From: Eledone cirrhosa
Lineage: Eukaryota
Assembly: GCA_964016885.1 (NCBI GenBank)
Contig: OZ024743.1
Coordinates: forward strand, 142,600,001-142,664,000
Direction of reading: 5' to 3'
DNA: 64,000 bases
The translations under genes and the position numbers were made by a program. This document shows positions 31,100 through 45,400 of this stretch, one piece after another; the stretch's first letter is position 1, and each line of letters opens with the position of its first letter. The notes beneath the pieces were generated by a model, which did no database searches, was not told the origin of the DNA, and saw only the letters and a program-made list of their open reading frames with translations.

Positions 31100-34000
31100 C
31101 ACCAAACACCAAACACCAAGACCGAAGCACCAAACACCAAGCACCAAAGTCCAAACACAAAACACCAATCACCAAGCACCAAGCACCAAACACCAAACCC
31201 CATGCACCAAACACCAAACACAAAGCACCAAGCACCAAACACCAAGCACCAAGCAGCAAGCACCAAGCACCAAACACCAAACCCCAAGCACCAAACACCA
31301 AACCGCAAGCACCAAGCACCAAACACTAATCACCAAGTACCAAGCACCAAACACAAAACACCAAGCACCAAGCACCAAGCACCAAACACCAAGCACCAAG
31401 CACCAAGCACCAAACACCAAATACCAAACACCAAGCACCAAGAACCAAACACCAAACACCAAACAGCAAGCACCAAGCACCAAACACCAAGCACCAAACA
31501 CCAAACCCCAAGCACCAAACACCAAGCACAAAGCACCAAGCACCAAACACCAAACACCAAACACCAAGCACCAAGAACCAAACACCAAACACCAAACAGC
31601 AAGCACCAAGCACCAAGCACCAAGCACCAAGGACCAAACACCAAGCACCAAGCACCAAGCACCAAACACCAAGCACCAAGCACCAAACACCCAGCACCAA
31701 ACACCAAACAGCAAGCACCAAGCACCAAACACCAAGCCCCAAACACCAAACCCCAAGCACCAATCACCAAACACTAATCACCAAGCACCAAGCACCAAAC
31801 ACCAAGCACCAAGCAGCAAGCACCAAACACCAGGCACCAAGCACCAAGCACCAAACACCAAGCACCAAGCACCAAACACCAAAACCCAAGCACCAAAGAC
31901 CAAGCACCAAGCACCAAGGACCAAACACCAAGCACCAAGCACCAAGCACCAAACACCAAGCACCAAGCACCAAACACCCAGCACCAAGCACCAAGCACCA
32001 AACACCAAGCACCAAACACCAAACACCAAGCACCAAGCACCAAACAGCAAGCACCAAACACCAAACACCAAACAGCAAACACCAAACAGCAAACACCAAC
32101 CACCAAACAGCAAACACCAAGCACCAAGCACCAAGCACCAAACACCAAGCACCAATCACCAAGCACACAACACCAAACACCAAGCACCAAGGACCAAACA
32201 TCAAACACCAAGCACCAAGCACCAAACACCAAACACCAAGCACCAAGCACCGAACACCAAGCACCAAACAAGAAGCACCAAACATCAAGCACCAAACACC
32301 AAACACCAAGCACCCGGCACCAAGCACCAAACACCAAGCACCAAACACCAAGCACCAAACACCAAGTCCCACGCACCAAGCACCAAACACCAAACACCAA
32401 GCACCAAGCACCAAACACTAAACACCAAGCACCAAGCCCCTAGCACCAAACACCAAGCAGCAAGCAGCAAGCACCAAACACCAAACACCAAGCACCAAGC
32501 ACAAAATACCAAACACCAAGCACAATGGACCAAACATCAAACACCAAGCACCAAGTACCAAACGCCTAACACCAAGCACCAAGCACCAAGCACCAAGCAC
32601 CAAACACCAAGCACCAATCACCAAACACCAAACACCAAGCACCGAACACCAAGCACCAGGCACCAAACACCAAACACCAAGCACCAAGCACCAAACACCA
32701 AACACCAAGACCGAAGCACCAAACACCAAGCACCAAAGTCCAAACACAAAACACCAATCACCAAGCAGCAAGCACCAAACACCAACCACCAAGCACCAAA
32801 CACCAAACACCAAGCACCAAGCACCAAGCACGAAACACCAGGCACCAAGCACCAAGCACCAAACTGCAAACACCAAGCACCAAGCACCAGCCACCAAGCA
32901 CCAAGCACCAAACACCAAGCACCAAGCACTAAGCACCAAACACCAAACAACAAGCCCCAGGCACCAAGCACCTAACACCAAACACCAAGACCGAAGCACC
33001 AAACACCAAACACCAAGCACCAAGAACCTAACATCAAACACCAATCACCAAGCACCAAACACCTAACACCAAGAACCAAGCACCAAGCACCAAGCACCAA
33101 ACACCAAGCACCAAACACAAAGCACCAAGCGCCAAACACCAAGCACCAAGCACCAAACACCAAGCACCAAGCACCAAACACCAAACCCCAAGCACCAAAC
33201 ACCAAACCCAAAGCACCAAGCACCAAACACTAATCACCAAGCACCAAGCACCAAACATCAAGCACCAAGCACCAAGCACCAGGCACCAAGCACCAAGCAC
33301 CAAACACTAATCACCAAGCACCAAACACCAAGCACCAAACACCAAGCACCAAGCACCAAGCGCCAAACACCAGGCCCCAAGTACCAAACACCAAACACCA
33401 AGCACCAAAGACCAAGCACCAAGCACCAAGCACCAAGCACCAAACAATAAGCACCAAGCACCAAGCACCAAACACCAAGCACCAATCACTAATCACCAAA
33501 CAACAAGCACCAAGCACCATCACCAGGCACCAAGCACCAAGCACCAAGCACCAAACACCAAGCACCAAACAACAAGCACCAAGCACCATCACCAGGCACC
33601 AAGCACCAAGCACCAAACACTAATCACCAAGCACCAAGCACCAAGCACCAAACACCAAGCACCAAGCACCAAGCGCCAAACACCAAGCACCAAGCACCAA
33701 ACACCAAACACCAAGCACCAAACACCAAGCCCCAAGCACTAAGCACCAAACACCAAACACCAAGCACCAAGCACCAAACACCAAGCACCAAACACCAAGC
33801 ACCAAACACCAAACACTAAGTCCCACGCACCAAGCACCAAACACCAAACAGCAAGCACCAAGCACCAAACACCAAGCATCAATCACCAAGCCCCTAGCAC
33901 CAAACACCAAACGCCAAGCACCAAGCACAAAACACCAAACAACAAGCACCAAGGACCAAACACCTAACACCAAGCACCAAGCACCAAGCACCAAGCACCA

Positions 34001-37000
34001 ATCACCAAACACCAAGCACCAAACACCAAGCACCAAGTACCAAACACCAAACACCAAACACCAAACACCAAACACCAAGCACGAAACACCAGGCACCAAG
34101 CACCAAGCACCAAACTCCAAACACCAAGCACCAAGCACCAGCCACCAAGCACCAAGCACCAAACACCAAACACCAAGCACTAAGCACCAAACACCAAACA
34201 ACAAGCCCCAGGCACCAAGCACCAAACACCAAACACCAAGCACGCAGCACCAAACACCAAGCACCAAGCACCAAGCACCAAACACCAAGCACCAAGCACC
34301 AAGCACCAAACACCAAACACCAAATACCAAGCACCAAGAACCAAACACCAAACAGCAAGCACCAAGCACCAAACACCAAGCACCAAACACCAAACCCCAA
34401 GCACCAATCACCAAACACTAATCACCAAGCACCAAGCACCAAACACCAAGCACCAAGCACCAAGCACCAAACACCAAACACCAGACAGCAAGCACCAAGC
34501 ACCAAGCACCAAGCACCAAGGACCAAACACCAAGCACCAAGCACCAAGCACCAAACACCAAACACCAAGCACCAAGCACCAAACACCAAGACCGAAGCAC
34601 CAAACAACAAGCACCAAAGTCCAAACACAAAACACCAATCACCAAGCACCAAGCACCAAACACCAAACCCCATGCACCAAACACCAAACACCAAGCACCA
34701 AGCACCAAACACCAAGCACCAAGCAGCAAGCACCAAGCACCAAACACCAAACCCCAAGCACCAAACACCAAACCGCAAGCACCAAGCACCAAACACTAAT
34801 CACCAAGTACCAAGCACCAAACACAAAACACCAAGCACCAAGCACCAAGCACCAAACACCAAGCACCAAGCACCAAGCACCAAACACCAAATACCAAACA
34901 CCAAGCACCAAGAACCAAACACCAAACACCAAACAGCAAGCACCAAGCACCAAACACCAAGCACCAAACACCAAACCCCAAGCACCAAACACCAAGCACA
35001 AAGCACCAAGCACCAAACACCAAACACCAAACACCAAGCACCAAGAACCAAACACCAAACACCAAACAGCAAGCACCAAGCACCAAGCACCAAGCACCAA
35101 GTACCAAACACCAAGCACCAAGCACCAAGCACCAAACACCAAGCACCAAGCACCAAACACCCAGCACCAAACACCAAACAGCAAGCACCAAGCATCAAAC
35201 ACCAAGCCCCAAACACCAAACCCCAAGCACCAATCACCAAACACTAATCACCAAGCACCAAGCACCAAACACCAAGCACCAAGCAGCAAGCACCAAACAC
35301 CAGGCACCAAGCACCAAGCACCAAACACCAAGCACCAAGCACCAAACACCAAAACCCAAGCACCAAAGACCAAGCACCAAGCACCAAGGACCAAACACCA
35401 AGCACCAAGCACCAAGCACCAAACACCAAGCACCAAGCACCAAACACCCAGCACCAAGCACCAAGCACCAAACACCAAGCACCAAACACCAAACACCAAG
35501 CACCAAGCACCAAACAGCAAGCACCAAACACCAAACACCAAACAGCAAACACCAAACAGCAAACACCAACCACCAAACAGCAAACAGCAAACGCCAAACA
35601 CCAAGCACCAAGCACCAAGCACCAAACACCAAGCACCAATCACCAAGCACACAACACCAAACACCAAGCACCAAGGACCAAACATCAAACACCAAGCACC
35701 AAGCACCAAACACCAAACACCAAGCACCAAGCACCAAGCACCAAGCACCGAACACCAAGCACCAAACAACAAGCACCAAACATCAAGCACCAAACACCAA
35801 ACACCAAGCACCCGGCACCAAGCACCAAACACCAAGCACCAAACACCAAGCACCAAACACCAAGTCCCACGCACCAAGCACCAAACACCAAACACCAAGC
35901 ACCAAGCACCAAACACGAAACACCAAGCACCAAGCCCCTAGCACCAAACACCAAGCAGCAAGCAGCAAGCACCAAACACCAAACACCAAACACCAAGCAC
36001 CAAGCACAAAATACCAAACACCAAGCACAATGGACCAAACATCAAACACCAAGCACCAAGTACCAAACGCCTAACACCAAGCACCAAGCACCAAGCACCA
36101 AGCACCAAACACCAAGCACCAATCACCAAACACCAAACACCAAGCACCGAACACCAAGCACCAGGCACCAAACACCAAACACCAAGCACCAAGCACCAAA
36201 CACCAAACACCAAGACCGAAGCACCAAACACCAAGCACCAAAGTCCAAACACAAAACACCAATCACCAAGCAGCAAGCACCAAACACCAAACACCAAGCA
36301 CCAAACACCAAACACCAAGCACCAAGCACCAAGCACGAAACACCAGGCACCAAGCACCAAGCACCAAACTGCAAACACCAAGCACCAAGCACCAGCCACC
36401 AAGCACCAAGCACCAAACACCAAGCACCAAGCACTAAGCACCAAACACCAAACAACAAGCCCCAGGCACCAAGCACCTAACACCAAACACCAAGACCGAA
36501 GCACCAAACACCAAACACCAAGCACCAAGAACCTAACATCAAACACCAATCACCAAGCACCAAACACCTAACACCAAGAACCAAGCACCAAGCACCAAGC
36601 ACCAAACACCAAGCACCAAACACAAAGCACCAAGCGCCAAACACCAAGCACCAAGCACCAAACACCAAGCACCAAGCACCAAACACCAAACCCCAAGCAC
36701 CAAACACCAAACCCAAAGCACCAAGCACCAAACACTAATCACCAAGCACCAAGCACCAAACATCAAGCACCAAGCACCAAGCACCAGGCACCAAGCACCA
36801 AGCACCAAACACTAATCACCAAGCACCAAACACCAAGCACCAAACACCAAGCACCAAGCACCAAGCGCCAAACACCAGGCCCCAAGTACCAAACACCAAA
36901 CACCAAGCACCAAAGACCAAGCACCAAGCACCAAGCACCAAGCACCAAACAATAAGCACCAAGCACCAAGCACCAAACACCAAGCACCAATCACTAATCA

Positions 37001-39420
37001 CCAAACAACAAGCACCAAGCACCATCACCAGGCACCAAGCACCAAGCACCAAGCACCAAACACCAAGCACCAAACAACAAGCACCAAGCACCATCACCAG
37101 GCACCAAGCACCAAGCACCAAACACTAATCACCAAGCACCAAGCACCAAGCACCAAACACCAAGCACCAAGCACCAAGCGCCAAACACCAAGCACCAAGC
37201 ACCAAACACCAAACACCAAGCACCAAACACCAAGCCCCAAGCACTAAGCACCAAACACCAAACACCAAGCACCAAGCACCAAACACCAAGCACCAAACAC
37301 CAAGCACCAAACACCAAACACTAAGTCCCACGCACCAAGCACCAAACACCAAACAGCAAGCACCAAGCACCAAACACCAAGCATCAAGCACCAAGCCCCT
37401 AGCACCAAACACCAAACGCCAAGCACCAAGCACAAAACACCAAACAACAAGCACCAAGGACCAAACACCTAACACCAAGCACCAAGCACCAAGCACCAAG
37501 CACCAATCACCAAACACCAAGCACCAAACACCAAGCACCAAGTACCAAACACCAAACACCAAACACCAAACACCAAACACCAAGCACGAAACACCAGGCA
37601 CCAAGCACCAAGCACCAAACTCCAAACACCAAGCACCAAGCACCAGCCACCAAGCACCAAGCACCAAACACCAAACACCAAGCACTAAGCACCAAACACC
37701 AAACAACAAGCCCCAGGCACCAAGCACCAAACACCAAACACCAAGCACGCAGCACCAAACACCAAGCACCAAGCACCAAGCACCAAACACCAAGCACCAA
37801 GCACCAAGCACCAAACACCAAACACCAAATACCAAGCACCAAGAACCAAACACCAAACAGCAAGCACCAAGCACCAAACACCAAGCACCAAACACCAAAC
37901 CCCAAGCACCAATCACCAAACACTAATCACCAAGCACCAAGCACCAAACACCAAGCACCAAGCACCAAGCACCAAACACCAAACACCAGACAGCAAGCAC
38001 CAAGCACCAAGCACCAAGCACCAAGGACCAAACACCAAGCACCAAGCACCAAGCACCAAACACCAAACACCAAGCACCAAGCACCAAACACCAAGACCGA
38101 AGCACCAAACAACAAGCACCAAAGTCCAAACACAAAACACCAATCACCAAGCACCAAGCACCAAACACCAAACCCCATGCACCAAACACCAAACACCAAG
38201 CACCAAGCACCAAACACCAAGCACCAAGCAGCAAGCACCAAGCACCAAACACCAAACCCCAAGCACCAAACACCAAACCGCAAGCACCAAGCACCAAACA
38301 CTAATCACCAAGTACCAAGCACCAAACACAAAACACCAAGCACCAAGCACCAAGCACCAAACACCAAGCACCAAGCACCAAGCACCAAACACCAAATACC
38401 AAACACCAAGCACCAAGAACCAAACACCAAACACCAAACAGCAAGCACCAAGCACCAAACACCAAGCACCAAACACCAAACCCCAAGCACCAAACACCAA
38501 GCACAAAGCACCAAGCACCAAACACCAAACACCAAACACCAAGCACCAAGAACCAAACACCAAACACCAAACAGCAAGCACCAAGCACCAAGCACCAAGC
38601 ACCAAGTACCAAACACCAAGCACCAAGCACCAAGCACCAAACACCAAGCACCAAGCACCAAACACCCAGCACCAAACACCAAACAGCAAGCACCAAGCAT
38701 CAAACACCAAGCCCCAAACACCAAACCCCAAGCACCAATCACCAAACACTAATCACCAAGCACCAAGCACCAAACACCAAGCACCAAGCAGCAAGCACCA
38801 AACACCAGGCACCAAGCACCAAGCACCAAACACCAAGCACCAAGCACCAAACACCAAAACCCAAGCACCAAAGACCAAGCACCAAGCACCAAGGACCAAA
38901 CACCAAGCACCAAGCACCAAGCACCAAACACCAAGCACCAAGCACCAAACACCCAGCACCAAGCACCAAGCACCAAACACCAAGCACCAAACACCAAACA
39001 CCAAGCACCAAGCACCAAACAGCAAGCACCAAACACCAAACACCAAACAGCAAACACCAAACAGCAAACACCAACCACCAAACAGCAAACAGCAAACGCC
39101 AAACACCAAGCACCAAGCACCAAGCACCAAACACCAAGCACCAATCACCAAGCACACAACACCAAACACCAAGCACCAAGGACCAAACATCAAACACCAA
39201 GCACCAAGCACCAAACACCAAACACCAAGCACCAAGCACCAAGCACCAAGCACCGAACACCAAGCACCAAACAACAAGCACCAAACATCAAGCACCAAAC
39301 ACCAAACACCAAGCACCCGGCACCAAGCACCAAACACCAAGCACCAAACACCAAGCACCAAACACCAAGTCCCACGCACCAAGCACCAAACACCAAACAC
39401 CAAGCACCAAGCACCAAACA
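31100..39420 (+). repeat. Tandem higher-order repeat, ~3.5 kb period (near-exact pair ~32480-35915 / ~35985-39420, plus a more rearranged upstream part-copy)
   Basis: The offset is a constant 3505 (501 units minus two 6-nt units): ORF-track 32566/36071, 33034/36539, 34408/37913 and 35234/38739. The caccat units lie at 33515, 33584 and 37020, 37089. The upstream part-copy sits at offset 3470 (31169/34639). Confidence 0.93.
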
Positions 39421-42400
39421 CAAAACACCAATCACCAAGCAGCAAGCACCAAACACCAAACACCAAGCACCAAACACCAAACACCAAGCACCAAGCACCA
39501 AGCACAAAACACCAGGCACCAAGCACCAAGCACCAAACTGCAAACACCAAGCACCAAGCACCAGCCACCAAGCAGCAAGCACCAAACACCAAGCACCAAG
39601 CACTAAGCACCAAACACCAAACAACAAGCCCCAGGCACCAAGCACCAAACACCAAACACCAAGACCGAAGCACCAAACACCAAACACCAAGCACCAAGAA
39701 CCTAACATCAAACACCAATCACCAAGCACCAAACACCTAACACCAAGAACCAAGCACCAAGCACCAAGCACCAAACACCAAGCACCAAACACAAAGCACC
39801 AAGCGCCAAACACCAAGCACCAAGCACCAAACACCAAGCACCAAGCACCAAACACCAAACCCCAAGCACCAAACACCAAACCCAAAGCACCAAGCACCAA
39901 ACACTAATCACCAAGCACCAAGCACCAAACATCAAGCACCAAGCACCAAGCACCAGGCACCAAGCACCAAGCACCAAACACTAATCACCAAGCACCAAAC
40001 ACCAAGCACCAAACACCAAGCACCAAGCACCAAGCGCCAAACACCAGGCCCCAAGTACCAAACACCAAACACCAAGCACCAAAGACCAAGCACCAAGCAC
40101 CAAGCACCAAGCACCAAACAATAAGCACCAAGCACCAAGCACCAAACACCAAACACCAACCACCCAGCACCAAGCACCAAGCACCAAACACCAAGCACCA
40201 AACAACAAGCACCAAGCACCATCACCAGGCACCAAGCACCAAGCACCAAACACTAATCACCAAGCACCAAGCACCAAGCACCAAGCACCAAACACCAAGC
40301 ACCAAGCACCAAGCGCCAAACACCAAGCACCAAGCACCAAACACCAAACACCAAGCACCAAACACCAAGCCCCAAGCACTAAGCACCAAACACCAAACAC
40401 CAAGCACCAAGCACCAAACACCAAGCACCAAACACCAAGCACCAAACACCAAACACTAAGTCCCACGCACCAAGCACCAAACACCAAACAGCAAGCACCA
40501 AGCACCAAACACCAAGCATCAAGCACCAAGCCCCTAGCACCAAACACCAAACGCCAAGCACCAAGCACAAAACACCAAACAACAAGCACCAAGGACCAAA
40601 CACCTAACACCAAGCACCAAGCACCAAGCACCAAGCACCAATCACCAAACACCAAGCACCAAACACCAAGCACCAAGTACCAAACACCAAACACCAAACA
40701 CCAAACACCAAACACCAAGCACCAAGCACCAAGCACGAAACACCAGGCACCAAGCACCAAGCACCAAACTCCAAACACCAAGCACCAAGCACCAGCCACC
40801 AAGCACCAAGCACCAAACACCAAACACCAAGCACTAAGCACCAAACACCAAACAACAAGCCCCAGGCACCAAGCACCAAACACCAAACACCAAGCACGCA
40901 GCACCAAACACCAAGCACCAAGCACCAAGCACCAAACACCAAGCACCAAGCACCAAGCACCAAACACCAAACACCAAACACCAAGCACCAAGAACCAAAC
41001 ACCAAACAGCAAGCACCAAGCACCAAACACCAAGCACCAAACACCAAACCCCAAGCACCAATCACCAAACACTAATCACCAAGCACCAAGCACCATACAC
41101 CAAGCACCAAGCACCAAGCACCAAACACCAAACACCAAACACCAAGCACCAAGAACCAAACACCAAACACCAAACAGCAAGCACCAAGCACCAAGCACCA
41201 AGCACCAAGCACCAAGCACCAAACACCAAGCACCAATCACCAAACACCAAACACCAAGCACCGAACACCAAGCACCAGGCACCAAACACCAAACACCAAG
41301 CACCAAGCACCAAACACCAAACACCAAGACCGAAGCACCAAACACCAAGCACCAAAGTCCAAACACAAAACACCAATCACCAAGCAGCAAGCACCAAACA
41401 CCAAACACCAAGCACCAGGCACCAAGCACCAAGCACCAAACACCAAGCACCAAACACCAAGCACCAAGCACCAAGCGCCAAACACCAGGCCCCAAGTACC
41501 AAACACCAAACACCAAGCACCAAAGACCAAGCACCAAGCACCAAGCACCAAGCACCAAACAATAAGCACCAAGCACCAAGCACCAAACACCAAACACCAA
41601 CCACCCAGCACCAAGCACCAAGCACCAAACACCAAGCACCAAACAACAAGCACCAAGCAACAAGCACCAGGCACCAAGCACCAAGCACCAAACACTAATC
41701 ACCAAGCACCAAGCACCAAGCACCAAGCACCAAACACCAAGCACCAAGCACCAAGCGCCAAACACCAAGCACCAAGCACCAAACACCAAACACCAAGCAC
41801 CAAACACCAAGCCCCAAGCACTAAGCACCAAACACCAAACACCAAGCACCAAGCACCAAACACCAAGCACCAAACACCAAGCACCAAACACCAAACACTA
41901 AGTCCCACGCACCAAGCACCAAACACCAAACAGCAAGCACCAAGCACCAAACACCAAGCATCAAGCACCAAGCCCCTAGCACCAAACACCAAACGCCAAG
42001 CACCAAGCACAAAACACCAAACAACAAGCACCAAGGACCAAACACCTAACACCAAGCACCAAGCACCAAGCACCAAGCACCAATCACCAAACACCAAGCA
42101 CCAAACACCAAGCACCAAGCACCAAGTACCAAACACCAAACACCAAACACCAAACACCAAACACCAAGCACCAAGCACCAAGCACGAAACACCAGGCACC
42201 AAGCACCAAGCACCAAACTCCAAACACCAAGCACCAAGCACCAGCCACCAAGCACCAAGCACCAAACACCAAACACCAAGCACTAAGCACCAAACACCAA
42301 ACAACAAGCCCCAGGCACCAAGCACCAAACACCAAACACCAAGCACGCAGCACCAAACACCAAGCACCAAGCACCAAGCACCAAACACCAAGCACCAAGC

Positions 42401-45400
42401 ACCAAGCACCAAACACCAAACACCAAACACCAAGCACCAAGAACCAAACACCAAACAGCAAGCACCAAGCACCAAACACCAAGCACCAAACACCAAACCC
42501 CAAGCACCAATCACCAAACACTAATCACCAAGCACCAAGCACCAAACACCAAGCACCAAGCACCAAGCACCAAACACCAAACACCAAACACCAAGCACCA
42601 AGCACCAAGCACCAAGGACCAAACACCAGGCACCAAGCACCAAGCACCAAACACCAAGCACCAAGCACCAAACACCCAGCACCAAGCACCAAACACCAAA
42701 CAGCAAACACCAAACACCAAACAGCAAACAGCAAACGCCAAACACCAAACACCAAGCACCAAGCACCAAACACCAAGCACCAAGCACCAAACACCAAGCA
42801 CCAAGCACCAAACACCAAGCACCAAGCACCAAACACCAAACCCCAAGCACCAAACACCAAACCGCAAGCACCAAGCACCAAACACTAATCACCAAGCACC
42901 AAGCACCAAACAACAAGCACCAAGCACCAAGCAGCAGGCACCAAGCACCAAGCACCAAACACAAAACACCAAGCACCAAGCACCAAGCAGCAAACACCAA
43001 GCATCAAACACCAAACACCAAACACCAAGCACCAAACACCAAGCACCAAGCACCAAACACCTAACACCAAGCACCAAGCACCAAACACCAAACATCAAGC
43101 ACCAAACACCAGATACCAACCACCAAGCACCAAACGCCAAACACCAAACACCAAGCACCAAGCACCAAACACCAAACAACAAGCACCAGGCACCAAGCTC
43201 CAAATACCAAACACCAAGCACCAAGCACCAAACACCAAACACCAAGCACGCAGCATCAAACACCAAGCACCAAACACCAAGCACCAAGCACCAAGCACCA
43301 AGTACCAAACACCAAACACCAAGCACCAAACACCAGACAGCAAGCACCAAGCACCAAGCACGAAACACCAGGCACCAAGCACCAAACACCAAACTCCAAA
43401 CACCAAGCACCAAACACCAGCCACCAAGCACCAAGCACCAAACACCAAACACCAACCACTAAGCACCAAACACCAAACAACAAGCACCAGGCACCAAGCA
43501 CCAAGCACCAAACTCCAAACACCAAGCACCAAGCACCAAACTCCAAGCACCAAGCACCAAACACCAAACCCCATGCACCAAACACCAAACACCAAGCACC
43601 AAGCACCAAACACCAAGCACCAAGCAGCAAGCACCAAGCACCAAACACCAAACCCCAAGCACCAAACACCAAACCGCAAGCACCAAGCACCAAACACTAA
43701 TCACCAAGTACCAAGCACCAAACACAAAACACCAAGCACCAAGCACCAAACACCAAACACCAAGCACCAAGCACCAAGCACCAAACACCAAATACCAAAC
43801 ACCAAGCACCAAGAACCAAACACCAAACACCAAACAGCAAGCACCAAGCACCAAACACCAAGCACCAAACACCAAACCCCAAGCACCAAACACCAAGCAC
43901 CAAGCACCAAGCACCAAACACCAAACACCAAACACCAAGCACCAAGAACCAAACACCAAACACCAAACAGCAAGCACCAAGCACCAAGCACCAAGCACCA
44001 AGGACTAAACACCAAGCACCAAGCACCAAGCACCAAACACCAAGCACCAAGCACCAAACACCCAGCACCAAACACCAAACAGCAAGCACCAAGCACCAAA
44101 CACCAAGCCCCAAACACCAAACCCCAAGCACCAATCACCAAACACTAATCACCAAGCACCAAGCACCAAACACCAAGCACCAAGCAGCAAGCACCAAACA
44201 CCAGGCACCAAGCACCAAGCACCAAACACCAAGCACCAAGCACCAAACACCAAAACCCAAGCACCAAAGACCAAGTACCAAGCACCAAGGACCAAACACC
44301 AAGCACCTAGCACCAAGCACCAAACACCAAGCACCAAGCACCAAACACCCAGCACCAAGCACCAAGCACCAAACACCAAGCACCAAACACCAAACACCAA
44401 GCACCAAGCACCAAACAGCAAGCACCAAACACCAAACACCAAACAGCAAACACCAAACAGCAAACACCAACCACCAAACAGCAAACAGCAAACGCCAAAC
44501 ACCAAGCACCAAGCACCAAGCACCAAACACCAAGCACCAAGCACCAAGCACACAACACCAAACACCAAGCACCAAGGACCAAACATCAAACACCAAGCAC
44601 CAAGCACCAAACACCAAACACCAAGCACCAAGCACCAAGCACCAAGCACCGAACACCAAGCACCAAACAACAAGCACCAAACATCAAGCACCAAACACCA
44701 AACACCAAGCACCCGGCACCAAGCACCAAACACCAAGCACCAAACACCAAGCACCAAACACCAAGTCCCACGCACCAAGCACCAAACACCAAACACCAAG
44801 CACCAAGCACCAAACATGAAACACCAAGCACCAAGCCCCTAGCACCAAACACCAAGCAGCAAGCAGCAAGCACCAAACACCAAACACCAAGCACCAAGCA
44901 CCAAACACCAAACACCAAGCACCAAGCACAAAATACCAAACACCAAGCACAATGGACCAAACATCAAACACCAAGCACCAAGCACCAAACGCCTAACACC
45001 AAGCACCAAGCACCAAGCACCAAGCACCAAACACCAAGCACCAATCACCAAACACCAAACACCAAGCACCGAACACCAAGCACCAGGCACCAAACACCAA
45101 ACACCAAGCACCAAGCACCAAACACCAAACACCAAGACCGAAGCACCAAACACCAAGCACCAAAGTCCAAACACAAAACACCAATCAACAAGCAGCAAGC
45201 ACCAAACACCAAACACCAAGCACCAAGCACCAAACACCAAACACCAAGCACCAAGAACCTAACATCAAACACCAATCATCAAGCACCAAACACCTAACAC
45301 CAAGCACCAAGCACCAAGCACCAAGCACCAAACACCAAGCACCAAACACAAAGCACCAAGCACCAAACACCAAGCACCAAGCACCAAACACCAAGCACCA

